A stretch of DNA of 64,000 bases. It comes from Macrostomum lignano (Eukaryota). A program made the position numbers and the translations under genes. Numbering within the stretch: the first letter of the stretch is position 1; every line of letters begins with the position of its first letter. Shown here in pieces: positions 10,479 to 23,014 of the stretch. The notes under the pieces are model-generated. The model was given only the letters and a program-made list of their open reading frames with translations, was not told the DNA's origin and did no database searches. The DNA lies in NCBI GenBank assembly GCA_002269645.1, contig NIVC01001958.1:1-64000 (forward strand), read 5' to 3'.

Positions 10479-12506
10479 GTAAGATGCAAGGAGGACATCA
10501 CGCGCTACATACAGCGCTGCTGAACAAGGATGAGAAGCATGCACAGGAGAAAGTCAGCAGCACGGTGGAAATTCAGCAAACTGTAAGTAAAACTTGTTTT
10601 TCTAATTTCTATAACTTTGATAATATTGCTATGGGCTATAGTATAGCATATCTCCTATCATATGTATTGATTGCTGTGTCATCTAGAATATGCATGCAAG
10701 TTAATCGTAAAATTGGAAATTGTAGTTGAAAGATCGCAGCAGAAATGTTCTTTATTGCCTCATAAACATTATAACATAGTGCCAAATGCTAATTGCTCTT
10801 AATGTTCTCTTATAACGCAGTTGCAAGAAATAAAAAAGTAAACTAAATTCTATTAAAAGTCTCAACAAATTTTCTGCTTTGTTTAATTATCTTTTTGATT
10901 GGTTGCGCGTACATTTATTTATGCTGACATTTAAATGTGAAAATATTCTTCGAAACACCATGCTAAATAGTTATCAGATTTGATAACCCGACCCGAGCCA
11001 AAGTGCTACAACTACTACTGAAAAAGTGTGTGGATAAGGCAAAGACAATTTTGTTTGTTCGTGAACTCTGTGTTGTTCATCACGGAGTTTCTTCATTTTG
11101 TATTAACCGATTAGCCAAATTGAAGTAAAGGGTTTCAGTGTTCGTAATTATTTTAAGTACTCACTGATGCAATTGCCACACTATTTACATTATTTATTTT
11201 TCTTTGAATAGACCAACAATGTAACTTTGTAAGTCAAAAGACGAGTAGACTAAGAATTAAGAAATAGATACAACTACAACAGAAGGGGGCAGAAGTACAG
11301 TACAGAACAGAGTGCAGTAAAACACAAGTGCGGTAAAACACACAACTTTCTCTCAATCTCTTTAAATCTCAAAAACGAGTGATGCATCATCAGAATGAAC
11401 ATGATAGAGACTGGAGTCATGCACAATATCACCTAAACCTAGAGTGCTATGGCACCCTAGGATTTGAAGATTTGAATGACACATCGTCCATACCACCTTA
11501 GGATTTGAAGATTGTCATGACGCACCGTCCAGGCCACTTTATGATTGCCATGGCGCACTAGATGCACTGTCCACAGTGTCTGAAAACTTATTCCAATAGG
11601 GTAGCCAATTCCTATAAGACCATCTATTGTAGCTTGGAAGGCCTGGTGTCAATGTTGGGATCAACAAAAGCTACTTCTTCCATTGCAAGTACCACCAACA
11701 CCAAGGCTAGTATCAACTAGGCCAATAGGTTCTAGGGATGGTTGAACATGGTTCTAACCACTTCTAGGGATAGTTGAACATGTCTCATTCATTAGGTGTC
11801 TAGTTATACCCTTCTCTGGGGCAACCAATAAGCAAGGAACAGAATTTTTTATGCAAATCTAATAATAAAAAGCAAACATTTTAAACAAATAAATTCCTTC
11901 TTCAGTTTTATAAATCACCTTTTTAAGTAAACTTGTCACAGACAAAGATATTTGCTATGAATCTCTTTTTTCTAAAAGTACCAAAAATACAACAAAATAA
12001 AGCCTTCACAAATATATCAGGCATTCCCCCTAAATAGAAAGCATTTAAAGTATTTATTTAAAAGTATGGTTTTATAGTGCCCCTTAAATTGACCAGTTCA
12101 CTCCCAGAACTAATTGGTATTGAATCTACAACAGCCAATAAGAGCAAGTCATCTTTGGGCTCTTTTAACTAGCTCAAAAGACATCAGGCATAAAAAATCT
12201 CTGATTGCATGAGTCCCCAACCCCAAGGAGTTAAGAGCTCTCCTCAAAAAAGCTTTGGAACTGGCAACATTCATTTGCATCAGTTATAGAATGGCCAATA
12301 TTACTACATATGAGAGGGAACTATATATAGATTTCTTACATTTTTATTAATTCCAGCGCACTTTTGGTTCCTGGCCTATACAGCCTGCCCAACTCTATAC
12401 TAAATAATTTCTATATTCTAGTCAAAACAATAAACATATATAATTTTATATCTGTGCTACCATCTAGTCTCAAGTCTAGTCCAAAGAGCATCACATCGAA
12501 GCAGGC

Positions 12507-15500
12507 ATGTCGGACGAGATGACCCACGCCTACGATGACATCTTGGAGCAGAGCAGCCCGGGCTCCCAGCTGCTGCTCGGTAACAATGAGGAATACAATC
12601 AGCTGACTGGCCGCCACTTCAATATCGGCAATGGCAACAATAAATCTGACGAAGAGGATGACGCATCTGAGGCCGCCGGCCTGCTGGAGACATTCGGCAA
12701 TTGCTGTCTTGATGGAGACGATGCGGTTAGCCAGCAAGAGGCTGCGGTAGCCAAGGCCGCCTCTCTGGCTGGCGACTGCAGCCTGTGCCAGCGGCCTCTC
12801 ACCGAGCCGGTGTTCCTGGCCTGCCTGCACCGCTTTGATCTGCCCTGCCTGCAGGCCAGCCGCACTGGGCTGGCCGATCTTGTACTTTTCTGTCCGAAAT
12901 GCCACACCCCCACTGTGTTGGATGCCAATCTGGGATTGGCTGGCCTGACTCGCGACCATCTGTACATGCGGGTGAGTTTGGCCATAACAAATGCTCACAT
13001 CGTCCCAGATTCGCTCAAACCCCTCCCCCCATATCCTTCCGGATCCCCTATATCCCCTCGACATCCCCATATCCTCCCAGATCCCATATATCCCCTCGAA
13101 ATCCCGAAGAAACACCCCTTTGGACCTACAACCACAGGAAGCCGCGCCAAAGGCGGAGCAGCCTCGCTGCGGCGGCTGCACAACCGGAGCCGAAGCGGTT
13201 GCCAGATGCCGCGAATGCGCCGACTACTTGTGTCAGGCCTGCCGGCAGGCGCACTCCGTCATGAAGATGTTCAGCAGGCACCGGGTCCGCGACCTCGCCT
13301 CCGCAGGCGGCAGCAACGGCAACGCTGAGGCCAGCAACGGTGACAACGACGACCAAGGAGCTGCCGACGATGATGACGACGCCGACCAGGTTGGCGCCCA
13401 GCTGAGCTGCGCCGAGCATCCGGCCGAACGGACTCGCTACTACTGTCACGACTGTGCCGGCCTGCACTGCGCCGAATGCGTGGCTACCGGCCACAAACTG
13501 CACCGGGTGGAACCGGCCCTGTCAGCCGGCCGGCGGCTCGTTGCCGCTCTGGCCGACGACGCTAAGAAGCTGCGCGATTGCCAGCGTAAATGGCAAATTG
13601 AGCACGTCAAAATGCAGGTGAGCTAGTTGCCAACCACTTAAATACAGTATCTGAGTTATAAAACCTGTTTCTCATGTTCTCACGGTTAACCGGCTGCCTA
13701 CCTCACTACAAATCATTATTATAATCTGCCATCTCCCAGTCCCAGATCCTCAGGTTAATCCGCCATCTCCCAGTCCCAGATCCTCAGGTTAATCCGCCAT
13801 CTCCCAATCCCAGATCCTCAGGTTAATCCGCCATCTCCCAGTCCCAGATCCTCAAGTTAAACCGCCATCTCCCAGTCCCAGATCCTCAAGTTAAACCGCC
13901 ATCTCCCAGTCCCAGATCCTCAGGTTAATCCGCCATCTCCCAGTCCCAGATCCTCAGGTTAATCCGCCATCTCCCAGTCCCAGATCCTCAGGTTAATCCG
14001 CCATCTCCCAGTCCCAGATTCTCAGGTTAATCCGCCATCTCCCAGTCCCAGATCCTCTGGTTAATCCGCCATCTCCCAGTCCCAGATTCTCTGGTTAATC
14101 CGCCATCTCCCAGTCCCAGATCCTCAAGTTAAACCGCCATCTCCCAGTCCCAGATCCTCAAGTTAAACCGCCATCTCCCAGTCCCAGATTCTCTGGTTAA
14201 TCCGCCATCTCCCAGTCCCAGATCCTCAGGTTAGTCCATCATCTTTATATTCTAAGATTAATCTACCATCTCCTCCCGACTCCCAGATCCTGAAGTTACT
14301 TTGTCATCCAGATCCTCATATGACTACCCCCTTCCCAGGTGCAAATTTCCATGTTTCGTACTGTTAATTGGATCGGATTAGTAAATCCCAAGTAACTTAT
14401 CTCTCCCCGCTCGCAGGAGCGCCTCACCGAGATCGAGGACAGCCGACAGCACAACGAGGGCGCCATTCGCGAGGCCCTGGCCTCCTACAAGGCCTTCATC
14501 GAAGAGGCTGGAAATCGTATGTTAGAAGAAAATCGCAAACTGCACAGCGATCTGGAGATGCGAGTCATGGAACAGCTAGACGCCGTTGCCAAGGGCGCCG
14601 ACCAGATGTCCGAGGCTGCCGCTTTCGTCCGAGCTTACAGCGATCGCGCCGGCCCTGTTTGTGCCGCCTACGCAGCCAAGGTGCTCAGGGACTGGGCGGC
14701 CACACTCATGCGCAGCCACTGGGACACCGACCTGCCGGCCTCGGTTCCGTTCAAAGCCAATCACGCCGAGTTTCGCAGTCTCGTGCTATCGAATTTTGGT
14801 CGCTTTGTAACGCCCGGCGGCCCGCCGACGCCCACTACGACTGCTGTACCAGCCAATGCCGCGGTGTCTGCCGCCGCCGCCGCTGCTGCCGCCGCCGCCG
14901 CATCCGGCATGCCGGTCAATGCGGCCGCTGTTGCCGCCGCGCTTGGCGAAGCCGCTTCTGGCGATTTGCAGCAGGTGTGGAAAACTGAAGTACCGTGTCT
15001 GAAATACCCCCAATGCTACCGTGTCTGAAATACCCCCAATGCTACCGTGTCTGAAATACCCCAATGCTACCGTGTCTGAAATACCCCCAATGCTACCGTG
15101 TCTGAAATACCCCCAATGCTACCGTGTCTGACATACCCCCAATGCTACCGTGTCTGACATACCCCCTATGCTACCGTGTCTGACATACCCCCAATTTTTT
15201 TTATTAGAGGCAGGGGGTGGTGTGCACCCTGGCGCACTTTAAGCGACATCAACACACAACCGGCGAGAGGCATTACTGCCCATTCCGCCGACTCCCCTGA
15301 GCAGGCATACAAGCGCGCGGATACGTACGCAGGCACACACTCACACAGGAGTGTACAGCGGCCCTAACTTTATTGTATCGTTAGGCATGTACACTTCACT
15401 GCGCCTTGGAGGGTTGGCTCTCAAGGCCGTTAATTGATCGAGCAGAGCCAAGCCAAAATTCCAATTCAGCCCCAAATTAATGTGACTGCACTTGGAATCG

Positions 15501-17615
15501 AGTCTGGGTCGCTGGCACACCAGAGCAGCTGCGCTATGGGCTACGCCCCCCCCCTGACATACCCCTAATGCTACCGTGTCTAACATACCCAGAATGCTAC
15601 CGTGTCTAACATACCCCTAATGCTACCGTGTCTAACATACCCAGAATGCTACCGTGTCTAAAATACCCAGAATGCTACCGTGTCTAAAATACCCAGAATG
15701 CTACCGTGTCTAAAATACCCCCAATTCCACCGTGTCAAAAATACCCCGGATACTATCCGCAGCACAGTGGACATCTAGATTAGGAAGTTCACAGAGATGC
15801 TGTTTTGGCGTGTGTCAGCCAGCTCCAATTGATCCCCTCTCTGTTTGCACCGCAGGCGTCCGCCTTCGCCATCAAGCCGGAGCCAGCACCGACCGGTCCG
15901 CCAGTGACGTACGCCACCGGCAACAACCCGGCCCTGTTCGGCCTGCCCTCCCAGCCCAGCCCGGGCGCGCCTGGCTCCGACAGCGGCGTCAGCATTGGCT
16001 CCGAGCCGCTGCTCAGCTCCGTACTGGGCGGAGTTGGCAAGCTTCAGCTAGACGTCATGCAGCAACAGTTCGACTTTGCTTCGCTTGTCGGCGTCGGCGC
16101 CGGTGGTGGCGCCGGCAGTAGCGGCGCTGGCAGTATTGTTGGCGGCGGGGCGCCGGGCTCCGCGTCGCCTACTCAGCAGAATCCGAAGTCGTCGGTGGCC
16201 TCGGCTGCCGGGGCCTTCCGGACTGGCCGGTGCATTCCCATGACTGTGCGGCATCGATGGGGCTCGCTGGGCTCCGCAATTGGCCAGTTCAACTCGCCGC
16301 ACGGCTTCTGCCTCGGCCCTGAGGAGGACATTGTTGTGGCCGACACTCAAAATCATCGCATTCAGGTGGGGCTGCGTTAGTTATGATTTACTAATCCAAT
16401 CCTAAAATCGTCATAGAAACTAAATGCTGCAGGCAGCCCCGCAGGAACTAATCGACTCAAAATATCTTCCCGCCAACAAGTGCACCGCAAACAACCGCCC
16501 TAGCAAGCTGATTCTTTAGGAAAGTCCCGTAGCAACTAATACATCCCAACAGTCACCCTAGCAACTATCCCACCCAACAATCGCCCTAGCAACGAACCCA
16601 CCCCAACAATCGCCCTAGCAACTAGTACATCCCAACAGTCACCATAGCAACTATCCCACCCAACAATCGCCCTAGCAACGAACCCACCCCAACAATCGCC
16701 CTAGCAACTAGTACATCCCAACAGTCACCATAGCAACTATCCCACCCAACAATCGCCCTAGCAACGAACCCACCCCAACAATCGCCCTAGCAACTAAAAC
16801 GCACCCCAACAATCTACCCAAGCAATTAACTATCTATCTAAGCAACTAACCATATAAAAAATCCCCCTAGCAACTAACCTATCCCTGAGTGCCGATCCGG
16901 AATCCCTAAACTACTGCAGATATTCGACAAGTCCGGTGAGCACAAGTCCCAGTTCGGCATCGCCGGCCGCGAGGAGGGCCAGCTGTGGTATCCGCGCAAG
17001 GTGGCTGTGATGCGCCAGTCCTCCAGATTCGTTGTCTGCGACCGCGGCAGCGAGCGCAGCCGGATGCAGCTGTTCAGCAAGACCGGCCAATTCCTGCGCA
17101 AGATCACCGTCCGCTACATCGACATCGTGGCCGGACTGGCCATCAACAGTCAGCAGCACATCGTGGCTGTGGACTCCGTGTCGCCAACAGTGTTTGTCAT
17201 CGCCGACACTGGCGACCTGGTGAAATGGTTCGACTGCTCCAGCTATATGCGCGAGCCGTCCGACATTGCCATCCAGGGCCGCGAGTACTTCATCTGCGAT
17301 TTCAAAGGCCACTGCGTCTGCGTCTTTCAAGACGACGGCGTCTTCCTTAGACGCATCGGTTCAGAGGTTATCACCAATTTTCCTAACGGCATCGACATTA
17401 GCGACCATGGCGACGTGCTAGTCGGCGATTCCCATGGCAACAAGTTCCACGTGGCCGTGTTTAACTCGGCCGGACAGCTCACCTCCGAGTTCGAGTGCCC
17501 AGCTGTGAAAGTGTCCCGCTGCTGCGGCCTGAAGATCACTAGCGAGGGCTATGTGGTGACCCTGGCCAAGAATAATCACCACGTGCTGGTGCTCAATACT
17601 CTCTATATTAGTTGA
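12507..17615 (+). CDS. mei-P26: TRIM-NHL protein, Mei-P26/NHL-2 ortholog (RING, 2 B-box, coiled coil, NHL); exons 12507-12971, 13138-13617, 14417-14974, 15856-16365, 16920-17615; 902 aa
   Basis: All four introns are GT-AG and phase 0; NHL signature [88 protein letters not shown] matches the Mei-P26/NHL-2 subfamily rather than Brat. Confidence 0.93.
13727..14235. repeat. 34-35 bp minisatellite (CCGCCATCTCCCAGTCCCAGATCCTCAGGTTAAT) in mei-P26 intron 2
   Basis: About 14 tandem units. Confidence 0.95.
14990..15745. repeat. 25-26 bp minisatellite (TGCTACCGTGTCTGAAATACCCCCAA) in mei-P26 intron 3, split by a SINE
   Basis: Tandem units on both sides of 15195-15553. Confidence 0.95.
15195..15553 (-). 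mobile_element. tRNA-derived SINE, copy A
   Basis: Near-identical to 61657-62017; poly(A) tail at 15195; CTGACATACCCC(C/T)AA on both flanks. Confidence 0.9.
16495..16880. repeat. 28-30 bp minisatellite (CTAGCAAC..CCCAACAATCGCC) with an approximately 86-bp three-subunit period, mei-P26 intron 4
   Basis: Tandem units visible. Confidence 0.9.
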
Positions 17616-17682
17616 GACCTGGGTAAGCCTTGTTCTATTGCTCTTGTTAAGGGGCTTTTTCTTTCTTAGATTTCAGTTTGGT

Positions 17683-18280
17683 GATCCCTGTCTCAAAGTT
17701 GGCACCCCTTGTCTCAAAGTTGGCGCCCCCTGTCTTAAAGTTGGCGCCCCTTGTCTCAAAGTTGGCACCTCTTGTCTCATAGTTGGCGCCCCTTGTCTCC
17801 AAGTGGGCGTGGCGCCTCTTGTCTTAAATTTCGGCGCCCCTTGTCTCAAAGTCGGCGCCCCCTGTCTCAAAGTTGGCACCTCTTGTCTCAAAGTTGGCGC
17901 CCCTTGTCTCATAGTTGGCGCCCCTTGTCTCATAGTTGGCGCCCCTTGTCTCATATTTGGCGCCCCCTGTCTCAAAGTTGGCGCCCCTTGTCTCAAAGTT
18001 GGCGCCCCTTGTCTCCAAGTGGGCGTGGCGCCTCTTGTCTTAAATTTCGGCGCCCCTTGTCTCAAAGTCGGCGCCCCTGTCTCAAAGTTGGCGCCCCTTG
18101 TCTCAAAGTTGGCGCCCCTTGTCTCATAGTTGGCGCCCCTTGTCTCAAAGTTGGCGCCCCTTGTCTCAAAGTTGGCGCCCCTTGTCTCATAGTTGGCGCC
18201 CCTTGTCTCAAAGTCGGCGCCCCTTGTCTCAAAGTTTGGCGCTCCTTGTCTCAAAGTTGGCACCCCTTGTCTCATAGTTC
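17683..18280. repeat. 21-bp minisatellite (GTTGGCGCCCCTTGTCTCAAA) in the putative 3' UTR intron of mei-P26
   Basis: About 28 units; source of spurious GAPCLKV and RQGAPTL ORFs. Confidence 0.95.
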
Positions 18281-18283
18281 GAG

Positions 18284-18543
18284 TTTTTTTAGTTAAAGGC
18301 TAGGCGCACTGCACTTTAAGCGACATTAAGTCACACAACCGGCGAGAGGCATTGCTACTATTTTGCCGACTCCCCTGGGCAGGCACAGGAGTGTACAGCG
18401 GCCCTAACTTTGTTTATCGTTAGGCATGTACACTTCACTGTGCTTTGGGGGTTGGCCCTCAAAAGCGTTAATTGCAATTGGAATCGAGCCTGGGTCGCTG
18501 GCCCATCGGAACGCCGAGCTAGACCACTAGGCTACGGCTCCCC
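18284..18543 (-). mobile_element. tRNA-derived SINE, copy B (internally deleted)
   Basis: Shares GCGCACTTTAAGCGACAT..CACACAACCGGCGAGAGGCATT and GGAATCGAGCCTGGGTCGCTGG with the other copies. Confidence 0.85.
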
Positions 18544-21524
18544 TTTCTCAAGTTGTCGTCTCTTACCCTCTTAAAGTTGTGGCACTTTGTGTATGTCTTG
18601 AGAATGGCATTCTTAATTTTTATCTCAATTAATAACCTCTCCTTTCCCCTAGCAACTCACTATCTGTCCGTTTTCAGACTGAGCATTACAAGGCCAGACT
18701 TTCGCTGGATGAAACGGATTGTAAGGATTAACATAACTTGATCCGCGGTGTTTTGCCCGCTGTCACTGACAATACGACCTCCTACCCCCCCCCCACTTGC
18801 TTCTAAAACAAGGGTGCTCTTCTGTGTCAACATTGATTATTTACTCAATACTTTTTCCTCCCCTTTGGGCAATTTTAATTTTAATTTTTTGTTCTTCTCT
18901 TTGAACTTATACTTTTCATTATTATTATTATTACTGATAGTAGTAGCCGCTGCAGTAGTATTTGTTAAGCGACCAGTTTGTTGCCATTTTGTCATAACCT
19001 AATGTTTTTGCTTCAAGTTCCGAGAAGCAAATATCATTGATGTGTAAATGCACCGTGTAATGTCCATGAGACTGCAAATGCTTCCACTGTCTATTTGTGT
19101 AACAAAATATTCTCAATTTTTGCTTCATTTTTTGCTTTCATATTTTAAACTTACGTATATATTATAAGCCGCTTTCTATTTAAAAGAAAAAATCACAAAC
19201 AAAAAACCGTAAAACTTTGAATTTTTTAACTTTTTTATAAGCTCACTTTAATCTCAATACGGAAGTCTCTTTTTTCATTGCTGTCAAGCCTGCTTTTTTG
19301 TCTGGGTTTCAATTGCCCCCACCCTCCTTAAATTGCCGTTGCAGAATAAACATTCCTCATCTAATTATTAGCTTATATTAGTAAGGATATATACAGATAT
19401 TTGAGCTAGCAAGCACTTTAATTCCGCTCCAAATAGTTTACATTAACTATATATTATGATATACATGCACTTGTACCCCCGATGCCACCCAACACTCTTT
19501 GCATGTCACCGAAGTCAATCTGGTTGATCTTGTTCAAACTTAAAAACTGTTCTATTGAAAAAAAATTAAATAAAAAACATTTACTCACTTATTAGCATTG
19601 CCGTTAGTAGTGTATACTGCGCGAGGTCAAGTATTTTCTATCACAAAAGTTTCAAACAAAAATAATTGGTATTGTTTTTATACTGAAGCTATATCTATAT
19701 ATCTCTATATTCTATACCTGTTTATATTCTTATATTAACAATCCATGATCTGCAATTGTGACCTTATTGCTCTCCTGGCTTGCCTTGTTCTTACTTTTTG
19801 TCCTCTTTCTGTCTCTAGTTTTTTTGCTTTTTATTATATAGTAATTTATGTTTGTCCGCTAAATCATTTTTTATCCGTACTACTTTATCCATATACTACT
19901 TTGAGTACGCAAATACGGTTGTTGTCATTTGACGTGAAACTGGAAATTTGCCTGCCTCCAGCTGATAGTCAAGTTGATAATTCTATTAAAAATCTGTGTA
20001 GAAATAAAAGTTAGGGCCGCTGTGTACACCCGTCAGCGTTGGTTGTTGCACCAGGGTGTGCCCCAGCCCTCCTGCGAATATTATATTATTGACTCAGCGG
20101 ACAAAGGCAATAGCACTGTACCCTCCTTCAGTTTATCTACTCGCTGAGTGAGTAAACCTACTTGAAGCAAGATAAGTTCACACAGTCGCGCTTTCTATTC
20201 TTGTGTTTTTTGCTCTGATACAATTTTTGTTGCTGTTTTTATAAAGTAAGGAGCCCGCTAAACCGCCAATCTGCCCCTCCTCTCCTGCCTCTCGCAGTGG
20301 ATATAGATAGTTAGAGGATAACGGCAATAAACTCCATTTCCTACTTGCACTAGTAGGTAGGTACAGCTGTTTTTATGTATTATTATTAATTTATTATATT
20401 TGTTTACACACATGAACACACACACACACACACACGTCTACATATCTATTCAGTTGTGCAGTTTTTTGCATTAATGTTCTAAATACTAACAAGTCCTGTG
20501 CTAAGCCGTTCATATTTGTCTTCATTTTTACAAAGGCTCCGCCAACCAGTTCTGTTAGTGTCTGCTTTGCGGATAAGAAATGTGCAATTTGAAGCGTTAT
20601 TTTTTGTTGTTAATTATTTATTAATTATTACACTATATATCAAAGAGCTGAGGGCTTCAGTTCATTCCGGTCTATTTGAAATCTCTGTCGCCTATGACCA
20701 TACGCTGGATTTAGTTTTGCTTGTATTTGAAACTTGATCTATAAAAATTAAGTCTCTCTTGCAATCCTTGCTTTTTGCGTTCTCTGTGTTTTTATTGCTT
20801 TAACTATTAAATGATTAATTGAATTGGCCCGAGTTTACATCGACACAGAATCCTAGCCATTAACTCAATCTAGCTATCACATTGTGTTTTTTCTCCTCTC
20901 CTTAGTGGCTTTCCGTTTGTTAAACAATTTTCTAGCAACCTTTTTCCCCCAGGTGTCGTATTATTGTCGCCTCTGACAGACTATATATATGCTTGTTTGT
21001 ATTTGTACCTTTATTCGACCTTTTTGGTACCTTTTTTGCTGTGTAACATTTTTTCTGTGTATTTGCTTCTCTACTTCCAGTTTTTTGCGACCCCCCCACT
21101 CTTCTCCCAGCCTCCTTTATTTGCTGTGTTCAGTTTTGCCACTTTTGCGTCTAATCGACTTTTCTGTTTGAAATTTTTTTTAAATTTCATAATCATTATA
21201 TCGTTGCTACTATTATTAATATTACTGTAACTGTACTGTAAGTGTTACGTTAAAACCAATATATTTACAGGGCCGGCCTTCAACTACTACCAGCTTATTG
21301 TGTTTGGCTCAGAGCGAACCTTTTTTTCTCAACTTTTAATGTCAATAATTATCGGCTTTTAAGGGGCAGCTTTGTTGCGATTTGCTTTTATATTTAGTCC
21401 TGAAAACTGTTTTATTATCAAAGCAAAATGTCCTGTCAGTCAGTCAAAGCGGCACAGATATAGATATCAGTGACTTCGCTGCCGGTCCGAGGTTCCTTGC
21501 TTCCCTTGTGTGCTGCTCGGAGTT

Positions 21525-21882
21525 TCAAAGCCTGAAGTTATGTAGGAAAGTAGGCAGTTGGTTTGCTTTGAGCAGTTGTGCTCAGGATTGTCTTAAAATT
21601 GGTGCATTCATCAACGCGGCTGGCTCACCTCCACACGTATTTGTCTTTGCGCTTGGCTGGGCCGCGTTTCACCGGGCCACCGAGCTCCAGGGTCGTCTCG
21701 CCCTGCGCCTCCAGGTAGATAAGGAAGTTGCGGTAGAGCGACGTCACGGTGCGGCTCAGCTCCCTTGGCGACAGGCGGCAGTCGCTGCTGCCGGCCTCGG
21801 CCTGGGCGGCCCCGAGCCCCGCGGAGGTGGCGGCCACCAGGAAGCACAAGGTGCAGATGGCGATAGCGCTGACTGGCTGCAT
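21525..21882 (-). CDS. Small secreted neuropeptide-precursor-like protein (86 aa if spliced 21882-21629 + 21531-21525, ending KRGPAKRKDKYVWRL; 85 aa ending YVWR if unspliced)
   Basis: Signal peptide MQPVSAIAICTLCFLVAATSA, GC3-rich codons, two KR sites, upstream 68-nt GT-AG intron (21967-21900), TATA at 22098-22093, AATAAA at 21416-21411. Confidence 0.65.
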
Positions 21883-22092
21883 GGCTTCAAGCTTGGATCC
21901 TGCAGGGTTGGGTGATTATTATGCAAGATTGTCGATAAAAAGATTCGGCCGATGGGTTTTGTTCTACCTTTTTCCCCGATTAATTTTGTCGAACAATGGA
22001 CTAGCTGAGGTATGGCTGGCTATGGCTTCTCTGTCGATCGGTTGGTTGCGAGCGGTCGGTCGGTGCCTCTCCGACTCGCTTTCCTTGTGGAC

Positions 22093-22098
22093 TTTATA
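22093..22098 (-). promoter_or_regulatory. Candidate TATA box of the peptide-precursor gene
   Basis: TATAAA about 130 nt upstream of the AAG|GTAGAA donor at 21967. Confidence 0.45.
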
Positions 22099-23014
22099 AG
22101 CTACCAGCTTGTGATTGTGAATAATTCAGTGCCCTTGTCTGCAGCTGCGGCATTTTTGGGGCTAGCATGGGGCACCCTAGTATTAATTGCATCAGTTTGA
22201 GGCGCTATCGGCTCTTGAGCCACCTGAGCAGTTCAGCAACTCTCCCCTGCTAGACTCCAAGAGCATTGAGCGCCCCACCCAGTCCGGCAAGGTCCCAACG
22301 GACAGCAGCCGGGGCTCAGATGGCATCGATAGTGTCGGCAGCGGGTTTCGGACTGCTGATATACAGAACGGCTTTTGAATCGCGAATGAGACCAACGCGC
22401 CGATTTAATTATAACAGTGTTTTGAGTTTGGTGAAAAGCGACTGCTTCCATTGAGTTTCATGGCCTACAAAATGCTGCATGGCTTAGTAAATTGATTGAC
22501 ACAAGAGCTCAGTTCTTCTCACCTGTTAGATTGAGAAGGTCCTGTCGAGTTGTGGCAGTTGACGCAATAACTCTGGGGGCGAGGTCGAACCACTCGCCAT
22601 TTTATGCAGAATTTGCCCACTGTCCAGTGGCCGACCCCGAGGGACTCTTGCCGTCAAAGAGATTGCTTGATGCTGCTGAGCAGGGCTTCTCAACAGCTTT
22701 GGTCAACAATTCACTTTGATGCTGCGTGGCAGTTCCATCAACGACCATTAAGACTTGGTTGGAAAGGCAGTTCAGCCCTTTGGAAACACTGAATCTGCAT
22801 TCGGTTTTAACTTACTCTTAGCTGAAAACAGCCAGCGATTTCTTGAGTTCCTGAATGATTTTTAGCAATCCCTGGGGAACCAATGGGGCAATTATTGCTC
22901 AGAGATGGAACAGCTCAGATAATTAAAGTCGCTTTGTTCATCAGTAGCCTAAATCATGCATTTACGAGTACAAACGCCATATTTTCTTGGTTTATGTTTC
23001 TGAAAAATCGAGAG

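Noticed and set aside
12411-13181. 256-aa minus-strand ORF and similar antisense ORFs over GC-rich exons
   Set aside because: Shadow frames of GC3-rich coding exons
16200-17615. Calling the NHL gene brat
   Set aside because: The NHL signature ([29 protein letters not shown]) and the presence of a RING fit Mei-P26/NHL-2, not Brat
17638-18296. Cys-rich GAPCLKV repeat ORFs
   Set aside because: 21-bp minisatellite open in multiple frames on both strands, after the mei-P26 stop
18678-21300. Pumilio elements or let-7 seeds in the mei-P26 3' UTR
   Set aside because: No sense-strand TGTAHATA or CTACCTC found by eye
22187-22395. Short GC-rich ORFs on both strands upstream of the peptide gene
   Set aside because: No recognisable motif and no in-frame partner exon
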